Shown piece by piece: positions 15,531 through 24,673 of a DNA stretch of 36,493 nt. The stretch is from sequence record NC_034623.1, one strand, 5' to 3'. Position 1 is the first letter of the stretch. Each line of letters starts with the position of its first letter. Under the pieces are notes generated by a model that saw nothing but the letters and a program-made list of their open reading frames with translations, did no database searches and had not been told where the DNA came from. Made by a program: the position numbers and the translations under genes.

Positions 15531-16931
15531 TTATCTTTCAGCTATGTTTTTAAAGTTTTTGTAATAGAAGATTGGCTTATATTGTTTGGCTTTTGCAGAC
15601 TTTTGAGCTAACTTAAGCGAATTTTCAACTTTTGCTTGACCTTGTAATTTCTCTCCAAGTTGTTGAGCAAATTGCAAATCAACATTTGAAATTCCATAAA
15701 ATGACCACTTATTCTTCCAATAATTCAAAAATTCATTATAAGGAAGTGTTCTTTTTCCAGTTGAATAACTATAATTTTGTTGATAAGGATATCTAGCAAT
15801 TTCCAAAATTGCTGAAGCTACCATTTTAGCATACCATATATTAGAATATTTCTTGTTTACAATTCTTTGGACTTGTAAAAATTGTTCATATGAAACTGCA
15901 TAATTCTCAATTTCAGAACTGTAAGTTATGTTTATTCCTCCAGGTGACGGATCGTATAAATGTAGCTTAAATAGTGATCCAAATATTGAAATTACAGTTT
16001 TATCCGCAGTGAGAATAGCTATTAAGTTTTCTAATGTGACATTTTGTGGATTAAATTCCGGAATTAGCATAGCAAAGTCAAGAGGAGTATAATCTAATAT
16101 CATTCCGAAAACGTTAGCAAAATTTTGTAAAATCATACCGTTTTGTAACTGGACTTTATACTCTGGACTTTCTTCAATTTCTGGAGCTAAAACACATCTG
16201 TCTAACCATCCAACATCTAACGCAAAACCACTATTAATTATATCATTCAAATTTGGTATAAATGAAACTACAAATTTAGCTAAATCTGGAAGTTGATTAA
16301 AATTGAGATTTAAAGCATTTAACAAATCATCAACTCCAGTATCTTGAATATTAGAAAGTGAATAATTATCAACAATTGGAATTTGAGTATTTCCAATTCC
16401 TAAAGTTTGTAAGTTAATACTAATATTTGAATAACTTAAACTATTAAAATATTGTTCTATTTTTTCACATGCTTGATTTCTATTTATAATTGTATTTGCT
16501 GACTGAAAAACACTTAAGTCAAAATAAGTCTCATCAAAGACCGCTGGTTGATAAAGTACACTGCAAAGATTTACATAATTATCATAAAATTTTGTAAAGT
16601 TATTGATAAATTGAATTCCTGAAGTTTGTCCAAAAATTCCACTTTGACCTAATTGTAGAAAACTAAATGAATTTGTATTTGGATTAAATATTGAAATTGC
16701 CAAATTGTTTAATGCGGAAAGTAAAGATGAAATAATTGTAGCATATGCAATTCCATAATTAGTATTTATACCTTTAGGAACTGAAATGTTCTCAAGCGGT
16801 GTTGGTAAAACTGATGAAACTCCAGCGTTAAACATTTGCGAAAAAGCGGGAAAAGTATTTCTATTTAGTACTTTTTGATAAAGATGATATTTCATTTGTG
16901 CAATTGATCTTTGTCCTACTTTCCTACCCAT
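15531..16931 (-). CDS. Minor virion structural protein (SIRV2 ORF488/gp33-like)
   Basis: Large ORF with basic MCP-like N-terminus MGRKVGQRSIAQMKY; ATG 16931 fits the TATA at 16951-16961; position matches my recollection of SIRV2. Confidence 0.8.
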   Translation of the reverse strand: MGRKVGQRSIAQMKYHLYQKVLNRNTFPAFSQMFNAGVSSVLPTPLENISVPKGINTNYGIAYATIISSLLSALNNLAISIFNPNTNSFSFLQLGQSGIFGQTSGIQFINNFTKFYDNYVNLCSVLYQPAVFDETYFDLSVFQSANTIINRNQACEKIEQYFNSLSYSNISINLQTLGIGNTQIPIVDNYSLSNIQDTGVDDLLNALNLNFNQLPDLAKFVVSFIPNLNDIINSGFALDVGWLDRCVLAPEIEESPEYKVQLQNGMILQNFANVFGMILDYTPLDFAMLIPEFNPQNVTLENLIAILTADKTVISIFGSLFKLHLYDPSPGGINITYSSEIENYAVSYEQFLQVQRIVNKKYSNIWYAKMVASAILEIARYPYQQNYSYSTGKRTLPYNEFLNYWKNKWSFYGISNVDLQFAQQLGEKLQGQAKVENSLKLAQKSAKAKQYKPIFYYKNFKNIAER

Positions 16932-16973
16932 AATTATTATATTTGTAAAAGTCAAAATAAAAACTTAATTCTA

Positions 16974-16993
16974 ATATACAATATAATGTATAT
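16974..16993 (-). promoter_or_regulatory. Palindromic late-type element
   Basis: atatacaatataatgtatat; on the minus strand it starts 32 bp before TTTATTTT. Confidence 0.7.
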
Positions 16994-17065
16994 CAGTTTT
17001 ACTCTTTGATCTCATCATATTCAATTCATAAAATATATATTTGTCATATTTTGAGTTACAAATAT

Positions 17066-17524
17066 ATGCAGTTACAATTTAGAATAGAAGAAGCGAAAAG
17101 TAAAGAATTAATAAAATTTGTAAGAATGCTTATTGACTTTTACCATTTTCAAGGAATGCCTTTGGGCGGTGGAGCTGGAAAAAATAGCAGATATTTTATG
17201 TATATTGCTAACGACAGTGAGCAAGATTTTATTGTAGCAGTGGCATGGTTACATGATAACACGCCATTTCGTTACATAGCTCAAGAATACAAAATTCCAG
17301 ATAATAGAAGTTATTTTATTAGAAGAGTTACAAAAACAGCTCCTGGAGATTATGACATTAATTTTCTAGTTGATTTAGCTAAGAAGTTAAAAAGTGATGG
17401 ATTTGAAGTACTTTGGACACTTGGATTTCCAGATCATTCAAATGCACTTTACAAGAAAGCTGGATTTCAAGAAGTTGGGAAAACTAATAGAACTGGACAT
17501 CCAATTTTCATTAAAAAATTATAA
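17066..17524 (+). CDS. GNAT-fold acetyltransferase (SIRV2 ORF154-like)
   Basis: FIRRVTKT, HSNALYKKAGFQEVG (GNAT motif B). Confidence 0.85.
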   Translation: MQLQFRIEEAKSKELIKFVRMLIDFYHFQGMPLGGGAGKNSRYFMYIANDSEQDFIVAVAWLHDNTPFRYIAQEYKIPDNRSYFIRRVTKTAPGDYDINFLVDLAKKLKSDGFEVLWTLGFPDHSNALYKKAGFQEVGKTNRTGHPIFIKKL

Positions 17525-17800
17525 CTTATGTTTTTTAATTTTTTTTGCTACATATACCGATTCTATAATTGAAAGAAGTGTTTCAAGTTGAACATCATTA
17601 TCGATAAGTACTCCAAAAAGATAACCAAAGAAAATAATTAAAGAATCCATACTTATTTTTTCATCTTTGTAGCTTTCTAAAAGATCATAAAAAGCATATT
17701 CTAGATAACTTACTTGTTTTTCTATAATTTTAAGTGAGTTTTCATCTGGATGAAAAGTTTCTTTAAAAACTTCTATTATTTTCTGTAAACCGGGATCCAT
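17519..17800 (-). CDS. Hypothetical 93-aa helical protein
   Basis: ORF divergent from hjc through a double TATA+GTC region (atgacaaatttaaacatatatatgtcat). Confidence 0.7.
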   Translation of the reverse strand: MDPGLQKIIEVFKETFHPDENSLKIIEKQVSYLEYAFYDLLESYKDEKISMDSLIIFFGYLFGVLIDNDVQLETLLSIIESVYVAKKIKKHKL

Positions 17801-17872
17801 ATATCATCAATATAAAAATTTTTATATGACAAATTTAAACATATATATGTCATAATTTTTAAGTTTAATTTG

Positions 17873-18256
17873 ATGAATTTTAGACAATCTGGAAAATATT
17901 ATGAATATAAGACACTTAATTATCTTGAAAAACATGGATACAAAGCTATAAGAATTCCAGTTTCTGGAACTGGAAAACAGCCAATTCCAGATATTATAGC
18001 AACTAAGGATAATACAATTTTTCCAATTGAAGTTAAATCAACTTCACAAAATTATGTTGTAGTTGATAATTTTCAAATTGATAAATTGTTTAAGTTCTGT
18101 GAGATATTCAATTTTTGTAATTGTAAACCGTTAATACTAGTTCATTATAAAAAATATAAAAATGTCATAATATATAATTTGAGTCAAGATGTCAGAACAA
18201 AAGAAAAAATCAAATTTACCTTCAGAGCTAACAGCAAAACTGTATTTAGCACTTGA
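17873..18256 (+). CDS. hjc: Holliday junction resolvase (archaeal Hjc family)
   Basis: GKYYEYKT, RIPVSG, PDIIA, IEVKST. Confidence 0.95.
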   Translation: MNFRQSGKYYEYKTLNYLEKHGYKAIRIPVSGTGKQPIPDIIATKDNTIFPIEVKSTSQNYVVVDNFQIDKLFKFCEIFNFCNCKPLILVHYKKYKNVIIYNLSQDVRTKEKIKFTFRANSKTVFST

Positions 18257-18398
18257 CGATTTAACTATGGCATTAGCTACTTGTGATAGTGAAGAAATTA
18301 GAAAAAGTGAAGTTTTTCAAAAAGCTCTAGAAGTTGTAAAAATTGTTAAAGAAATGAGAAATGCTAAAATAAAATCTGATGAAGAAGAAAAAGCTTAA
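18189..18398 (+). CDS. 69-aa protein overlapping the hjc 3' end (SIRV2 ORF69-like)
   Basis: ORF with a TATA+GTC promoter inside hjc; synteny with SIRV2 from memory. Confidence 0.7.
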   Translation: MSEQKKKSNLPSELTAKLYLALDDLTMALATCDSEEIRKSEVFQKALEVVKIVKEMRNAKIKSDEEEKA

Positions 18399-18812
18399 AT
18401 TACTATTTTTTTCAAGTTAAAGAGATATCAAGTTTGATATAACTCTTTTCATCTAAAATTTTTTTCTTTATAAATCTCGTTACACTCTTTCTTTGCGTAA
18501 AATTACGTTAAGAAAAATAAAAATATCGAGAGATAAGAGTTTTAAAAGATTTCTTGTAAACTAACGCGTTTGGTTTATATACTCATCATTACAATTTCTT
18601 AGCAAGATGATGAGAAAAAATATCATCTGGAGAATTGAAAGAAAGAGATTATAAAAAATAGTGACAAAAAATGTAAATAAAAAAATCGAAAAACAAAAAA
18701 GTTTTTACTTCTTCAGTTGAAAACTTCAAAAAAAGGAAGAAGATTTTTACATAAAACAATTTTTACTTTTACAACAACATTTATAATTTTATAATATACA
18801 CATGATAATAAT

Positions 18813-21800
18813 ATGAGTTTCTTATTAAATCTTGGAGATTTAGGTACATTTTTTTCAGATGAGCTAACAGCATTAGAGAATTTTGCAAATTTCTTAAGCT
18901 CTGATTTTATAAACTTTTTTAGTGCAGTAGTTAATGATATTGAAAATGTTGTAAGTTTCATAGGTCAGGCAATTAGTGATATTCCAACTTTTATGCAAAA
19001 AATTGCTAACAATTTCTTGACGATTTTGCAAAACTTTGTACAAACTGCAATTCCAGTAGTTTCAGGATTTTTAACATTTCTTGAACAACAAATTATAAAT
19101 GTATTTCAAGATTTGTCTTCTTTAGCTTCTACATTTATTAATGATGCATATTCATTTTTACAAGGTGTTGTAAATGCATTTGCAAATTTAATAAGTACAA
19201 TAGTTCAAGATTTTCTAAATAATTTTGGTCAAAATATGAAACATATTAGTTCTGCAATTTCTCAAGTTACTCAATTTTTAACTCCATTTATCGCTCCAGT
19301 CACTTTAGGAAAATTTTTGCCAGCAATAATAGATAAATTAGCTGAAATTTTGCCAGAAGTTGAAATTGATTTAGCGCCAGTTGGCTTAGGCGGAAAAATT
19401 CCAATTAACTTTGGAGAAATTGTAAAAGCGTTTGCTGAAACTTCAGTTGACTTTTTAAATGAAGTAAGAGTAGAAATACAAACTACGCTTAAGGAGTTTA
19501 TAAAAGAGCCATTTATTTCAGATTTTAAAATTACTGCGAGAGAAATATTTAATGAAATTGGTCTTGGTGATTTGCCATTTGCAGATCCTCCATTTAGATT
19601 AATTGCAAATTGGGTCGGTTCAAGATCATTTTCTGAAATTAAAGACCATCTTAAAGAAACAATTCTATTGACTGGATTTCCAGCATGGTTTACTGATGCT
19701 TATCTAGAATCTCCAGTTGATGATTTTATTCCAAGAAATCCGTTATTTAGACCAGTAAATATAAGAGATGTAATTTTAGCTTCACAATATGGAATTTTAG
19801 ACTTTAGTGCAGTTTCTCAATATGCAGAAAATAATTTAATAACTCCAAAAACTGCAAAATTAATGTATCAAAATGAGACTGCGAGACTTTTACAAAGAGC
19901 AGTTGAAGAGGGAATTAGACAATTTGTAGTTACTCCTGAAAAAGCTTATCAAGAAATAATACAAAATGTTAATTTAGCAGGTAAAGATTTATATCTAAAA
20001 GTTTTCTCTTTGGAGTATAATTATGCAGTTCAAAGAATTGTAAGACAATTCTTAAGATCACTTTTGAGCAGAGCATTAACGAATTTTGGAAGACCTTATA
20101 TAGATTTAAAATTCCTAGAATCAACAGTTCAAAAATTATTTCAAGAACTAAATTATCCTGAAGAAGTTCAAAATGTTTTCAACATAATGATTGAACAATC
20201 TCAAATAGTTTATACTAATCAATTACTTTTGACACAATTAGAACAACTTACCAGATTAGGAATATTTGACGAAAAGAAAGTAAAAGCAGAGTTAAAAGCT
20301 AATAACTTTAATGAACAGATAGCACTTACAATTTTGAATTATGAACTTCAATATGTACAATTACAATATATCTTGAAACAATACCAATTCATGTTACAAA
20401 ATTATATTATTAGTACAAAAGATGCAGAAAATCAATTAAAGAAATTAGGCTTTGATTCATCTATAATTTCTGAGATAATTTTTGAATATCAAACAGCTCC
20501 ATTAACAAAATATCAAATTAGCCAAATTGAAAGTTTGGCTAGAAAAGGATATTTATCAGTTGATGAAATTAAAAAACAATTACATTCATTAGGCATAATT
20601 AAGGAATTTGAAGACATATTTATCAATTACACAAGTCAAGAAATTCAAATATCAACAACTTTAAGTATTGTAAAAGAACAATTAAGAAACTTCCTAATAG
20701 ATTCGAAAACTGTAGAAAATGAATTAAAAGCATTAAAAATTAATGATTATTTAATAAATGAGATAATTCAAGAAGAATATAACATAAATATATCTAAATT
20801 ACAATTATCATATTTAGAAACTTTAGCTAAGAATTTATATTATGATCAAAATCAATTAGCCGGAGAATTAGCAAAAATTCTAAAAGATAAAACTGCAATA
20901 GATCTTTATACTCAAAAATTCTATTATGAATATGTATTTCCAAAAATTGTCAGTTATCACGTTAGTTTAGCAAGACATGGAATTTCCTCAAATATTTCAA
21001 ACTTGCCAAAAGAAATTGTAGATTATGAAATTAATCCAGAAATCCAAATTTTCCAACTTACAACAGAATTAGAATATATAAAATCATTATTAAAAGATTT
21101 ACAAATAACTCCAACAAATGCTGAAAACGAGTTAATAAAATTAGGAATGCAAAAAGATTTAGCTAATTTATTTGTGCAAACTTATATTCCAACACTTTAC
21201 AGTTTACATACAATTATTGGAAATATTATAGAAGGTCAACTTTACAAAGTCGGAAAAATTCCAATTAATTTAGGAAATGCAGAACAACAATTAAGACAAT
21301 TAGAAATTCCAGAGAACCAAATTAAAGTTTTACTAGATCAATATGCCTCCAGTTTTGGCTTAGAAATTTGGAGAAAATACTTACCTTCACTTTCTCAAAT
21401 TGAAACTGCAATAAAATATAACTTTCCAATTAACCAATTAGTTGAATATTCATTTATACCATCTGAATTTCTTAACTTATATTCTAATTTATATCAATAT
21501 GAATTAATTGGACAATATGTACAATCTTTGAGAAATGAATATATTCAACTTCTCACTTATGGAGTTCAAAATATACAATTAGAGAATTTGCTAAAACAAT
21601 ATGGAATAAATCAAGTCCTATTAGAAGTTTTCAAATTATCAGCACAAATTAGAAAATTATTAATGGCTTATCAAGAACTTTACATCACTCCATCTAAAGC
21701 ACTCACAATTAGCGAATATATTAGCAATCCAAATCAACTTTTACAAAAAGTATTTTCCGAATTTCAAGTACCAACAGATTTACAAAATACTTACTTAGAA

Positions 21801-21989
21801 TATGCAAGAAATAGGAGACTTAGAACGTACGTAAATGAAATAATTTCAACAATCAATTTGTTATTTGAAAGACAAAAAATAGATCTAAATACGGCTCAAC
21901 AATACTTACAACAATTAAAACAATATGGTTTAACAAATGAAGAAATTCAATTAATCTTACTTAACTGGCAATTAAGAAGTAACTATTAA
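18813..21989 (+). CDS. Large virion terminal-fibre/end-structure protein (SIRV2 ORF1070/gp38-like)
   Basis: 1058 aa; amphipathic helical N-terminus and repeated I(S/T)xxxAxxxLxxLG units. Confidence 0.9.
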   Translation: MSFLLNLGDLGTFFSDELTALENFANFLSSDFINFFSAVVNDIENVVSFIGQAISDIPTFMQKIANNFLTILQNFVQTAIPVVSGFLTFLEQQIINVFQDLSSLASTFINDAYSFLQGVVNAFANLISTIVQDFLNNFGQNMKHISSAISQVTQFLTPFIAPVTLGKFLPAIIDKLAEILPEVEIDLAPVGLGGKIPINFGEIVKAFAETSVDFLNEVRVEIQTTLKEFIKEPFISDFKITAREIFNEIGLGDLPFADPPFRLIANWVGSRSFSEIKDHLKETILLTGFPAWFTDAYLESPVDDFIPRNPLFRPVNIRDVILASQYGILDFSAVSQYAENNLITPKTAKLMYQNETARLLQRAVEEGIRQFVVTPEKAYQEIIQNVNLAGKDLYLKVFSLEYNYAVQRIVRQFLRSLLSRALTNFGRPYIDLKFLESTVQKLFQELNYPEEVQNVFNIMIEQSQIVYTNQLLLTQLEQLTRLGIFDEKKVKAELKANNFNEQIALTILNYELQYVQLQYILKQYQFMLQNYIISTKDAENQLKKLGFDSSIISEIIFEYQTAPLTKYQISQIESLARKGYLSVDEIKKQLHSLGIIKEFEDIFINYTSQEIQISTTLSIVKEQLRNFLIDSKTVENELKALKINDYLINEIIQEEYNINISKLQLSYLETLAKNLYYDQNQLAGELAKILKDKTAIDLYTQKFYYEYVFPKIVSYHVSLARHGISSNISNLPKEIVDYEINPEIQIFQLTTELEYIKSLLKDLQITPTNAENELIKLGMQKDLANLFVQTYIPTLYSLHTIIGNIIEGQLYKVGKIPINLGNAEQQLRQLEIPENQIKVLLDQYASSFGLEIWRKYLPSLSQIETAIKYNFPINQLVEYSFIPSEFLNLYSNLYQYELIGQYVQSLRNEYIQLLTYGVQNIQLENLLKQYGINQVLLEVFKLSAQIRKLLMAYQELYITPSKALTISEYISNPNQLLQKVFSEFQVPTDLQNTYLEYARNRRLRTYVNEIISTINLLFERQKIDLNTAQQYLQQLKQYGLTNEEIQLILLNWQLRSNY

Positions 21990-22032
21990 ACAACTAAATA
22001 AATAAATTTGTCACATTTTTAAACTAGAAATT

Positions 22033-22848
22033 ATGAGCGTTAATTTATGTCATTATGAGGCGGAAAATATAAGTTATAAAGATTTAGAAAATCTTCAAGG
22101 TATGATATATTATGAGATAAAATATGATGGAACACATATTTGTTTAAAGTATGAAAATGAACTAAAAATTAATACTAGAAAAGATATACCTCATGATAAA
22201 ACATTTCAGAATTTGTTTTATCAAGTTCCAAATATTGATGAAATTATAAAATATATAAAAGAACATAACAATTATATAATACATGGGGAACTTATACATA
22301 AAAAGACATCAGCATTACAGATTCACAAAAATGAAACTCCGGAATTTATCATATATGATGTCTTTGACAAAGAAAATAATAGATATTTAAATCCATTTGA
22401 AGTTGATAGTGAAATTTACGAATGGTATCCAGAAATTTGTTTAGATTTAGATGATTTACTTGATATTATAACTAAAGAAAAACTTGAGGGCTTAGTAGCT
22501 AAAATCTATAATCCGAAATTTGCAAATTGTGAAGAAGGCAGAAATTTTAACATGTGTCTTTTCAAATACAAACCATATTTTTCAACTTTAGGAGTAATAT
22601 TTAAACCAATTAGGAGAGAAATTGATGTTAGACAATTAGCGTTTCTTCTCGGCGAAATAGATAATGATTTAAAGAATAATAAAGATGAATGGTATAGAAA
22701 TCATCCAGAACTTTACAAGTTCTTTATCGAAAATAAAGATAAAATAATACAGATACTACAAAACGAAAACTTCATATTACAAATTGAAGAAAATACACAT
22801 TTAGACATTAAGAAAATTAAAGAATATATTACAAATTTCAAAAGATAA
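22033..22848 (+). CDS. ATP-dependent polynucleotide ligase (nucleotidyltransferase domain, RNA-ligase-like)
   Basis: Motif I EIKYDGTH, Ia TRK, III IHGEL, IIIa FIIYDVFD, IV EGLVAK, V FKYKP, in the correct order; no obvious OB domain. Confidence 0.88.
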   Translation: MSVNLCHYEAENISYKDLENLQGMIYYEIKYDGTHICLKYENELKINTRKDIPHDKTFQNLFYQVPNIDEIIKYIKEHNNYIIHGELIHKKTSALQIHKNETPEFIIYDVFDKENNRYLNPFEVDSEIYEWYPEICLDLDDLLDIITKEKLEGLVAKIYNPKFANCEEGRNFNMCLFKYKPYFSTLGVIFKPIRREIDVRQLAFLLGEIDNDLKNNKDEWYRNHPELYKFFIENKDKIIQILQNENFILQIEENTHLDIKKIKEYITNFKR

Positions 22849-22866
22849 CAACATTTAGACCAAGCC

Positions 22867-22888
22867 ATATACATAATATTATGTATAA
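22867..22888. promoter_or_regulatory. Palindromic late-type element
   Basis: atatacataatattatgtataa (inner 20 bp a perfect palindrome); starts 32 bp before TTTATTTC at 22899. Confidence 0.8.
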
Positions 22889-22929
22889 GCTATGTGTGTT
22901 TATTTCTGTCAAGTTAATAATTTTTTCAT

Positions 22930-24666
22930 ATGAGCTTACCATACAAAGTACGTTTTAAGTTACCGTTAGAATTTCTAACGTTACAAGACTGGAATAATTT
23001 TGTGCAAAATTTGTTATTTATAAATCAATACGGATCAGCTCAACTTTTGCAATATTATCAAAATGGAAACTTCCAAAATCTAAATGATGTAATTGCAAAA
23101 TATCTATATGTTTCAGCTTTGAAAGTTATGGGATATAACGTTTTGCATAATTTATCAACACCACAGGCTTATACATTTGGTGAAGGAAATCGACAGCCAT
23201 TTCAAAGTATGTCAAATAGACCAACTGTAAGTTTTCCATATTCAATACCATTTGAATTTATACAATTTTATCCAATATCCAAATTACCTAGTTATCAATT
23301 TCCTGTATTTCCAGTTGAAAAATTAAAAGTTCAATTATCACAAGTTAGTAAGCAATTACAATTATTAATTCCCAAACTCATAAGTAAAATTGTAACTCCT
23401 CAATTTATTGCAGGAACACAATTTACATTTTCTGGAACAGCGACTGTTGAAGATTTAGTAAATAATTATTTAAATCCACAATATTTACAAACTTGGAGAG
23501 AAATAATAATTCAGAATTTAGGAAGTTCTACAGTTCAAATTAATAATTCTATCTATTTAATGCCTAAAAATTGTTTAAAGATAACTGCAAGCAGTCCATC
23601 AGAAATTCAATTAACTGCACAAACTCCAACACTTTTAAGTGAAGAAATTGAATTTACTGAAGTTCCAATTGTTACTTATACAATTACAATAACAAATTCA
23701 CAGAGTGACCCAACACCTTCACCTTTTCAACAATTGTTAAATTTGAATTTATCATCTATATTATCAAGCTCAAGTCAATTATTAAATTTAGAATTTTGCT
23801 TAGACGTGAATTGTAATACTCCACTTTACGCATGGATTGAAAGTCATACTTCTGATTTATCAAGTGTTTATATTTGGATTAATTTGCCAACTTCAATTCC
23901 CGCAAATTCATCAATTACAATTTATATGTTTATAAGAAATTCAATTCAGTATCCTTACACTGGAATGGCTCCAACTTTAACATCTACATATGCACAATAT
24001 GATAATGGCGAAAATGTATTTATAGATTATTGGAATTTTGCCGGCACATCGGTGCCAAATGGAATAAATGTATATCAAAATCTTGGATCTGTAACATTCA
24101 ATAATGGTGTAACAATAAAAGGTGATTCTTCAACGACTGGCGGTGAAAACGGTATTGCAACTGTAAATTTATATTCTCCGCCAATAGTAATTGATTATTA
24201 TGGAACACAATCAACTAGCCCTTCAGGAGATTCATGGGGTTGGAATATGGCAGGATTTACTAATTATTTATCTAGTAGTGATGCACATCCGGCCGGTGGA
24301 GGAACATATACACTTTTAGATTTTGAATATGGATATAATGCAAAACCAGAGACAAGTCAAGGCGGAAGTGTAAATTACGGAACACTTTCCACACCTTCTA
24401 ACAATTTATTTCCAACATCAGTTTGGACACATATCTATACTTCTTCAGCATATTATACTTACCAAAATTACCAAACTAGCACTGGATATATTACTGGTGC
24501 ATCAAATACCGCATCGTTACCTTTTGAAATAATGGTTGGAAATAATGAGGCAAGTTATGCCCCTAGTGGAATGACAGTTTACTGGTTAAGAGTAAGGGCT
24601 TATCCTCCAAATGGAGTAATGCCTTCAAATTCTCAACCACAAAAGACAATAGTTCTAGTTGGATGA
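22930..24666 (+). CDS. Virion structural/adhesin protein (SIRV2 ORF564/gp39-like) with a DUF2341-like C-terminal region
   Basis: TYTITITNSQSDPTPSPFQQLLNL..PLYAWIES..VWINLPTSIPANSSITIYM; S/T/G/N-rich beta content. Confidence 0.85.
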   Translation: MSLPYKVRFKLPLEFLTLQDWNNFVQNLLFINQYGSAQLLQYYQNGNFQNLNDVIAKYLYVSALKVMGYNVLHNLSTPQAYTFGEGNRQPFQSMSNRPTVSFPYSIPFEFIQFYPISKLPSYQFPVFPVEKLKVQLSQVSKQLQLLIPKLISKIVTPQFIAGTQFTFSGTATVEDLVNNYLNPQYLQTWREIIIQNLGSSTVQINNSIYLMPKNCLKITASSPSEIQLTAQTPTLLSEEIEFTEVPIVTYTITITNSQSDPTPSPFQQLLNLNLSSILSSSSQLLNLEFCLDVNCNTPLYAWIESHTSDLSSVYIWINLPTSIPANSSITIYMFIRNSIQYPYTGMAPTLTSTYAQYDNGENVFIDYWNFAGTSVPNGINVYQNLGSVTFNNGVTIKGDSSTTGGENGIATVNLYSPPIVIDYYGTQSTSPSGDSWGWNMAGFTNYLSSSDAHPAGGGTYTLLDFEYGYNAKPETSQGGSVNYGTLSTPSNNLFPTSVWTHIYTSSAYYTYQNYQTSTGYITGASNTASLPFEIMVGNNEASYAPSGMTVYWLRVRAYPPNGVMPSNSQPQKTIVLVG

Positions 24667-24673
24667 GGCTAAA

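Noticed and set aside
17394-17591. 65-aa plus-strand ORF
   Set aside because: Alternate frame overlapping the GNAT gene and the convergent 93-aa gene.
18606-18640. Perfect C-box (gatgatga), suggesting a C/D box sRNA
   Set aside because: No CTGA D-box at a suitable distance downstream.
18713-18961. 82-aa minus-strand ORF
   Set aside because: Mostly antisense to the start of the 1058-aa gene; no supporting motif.
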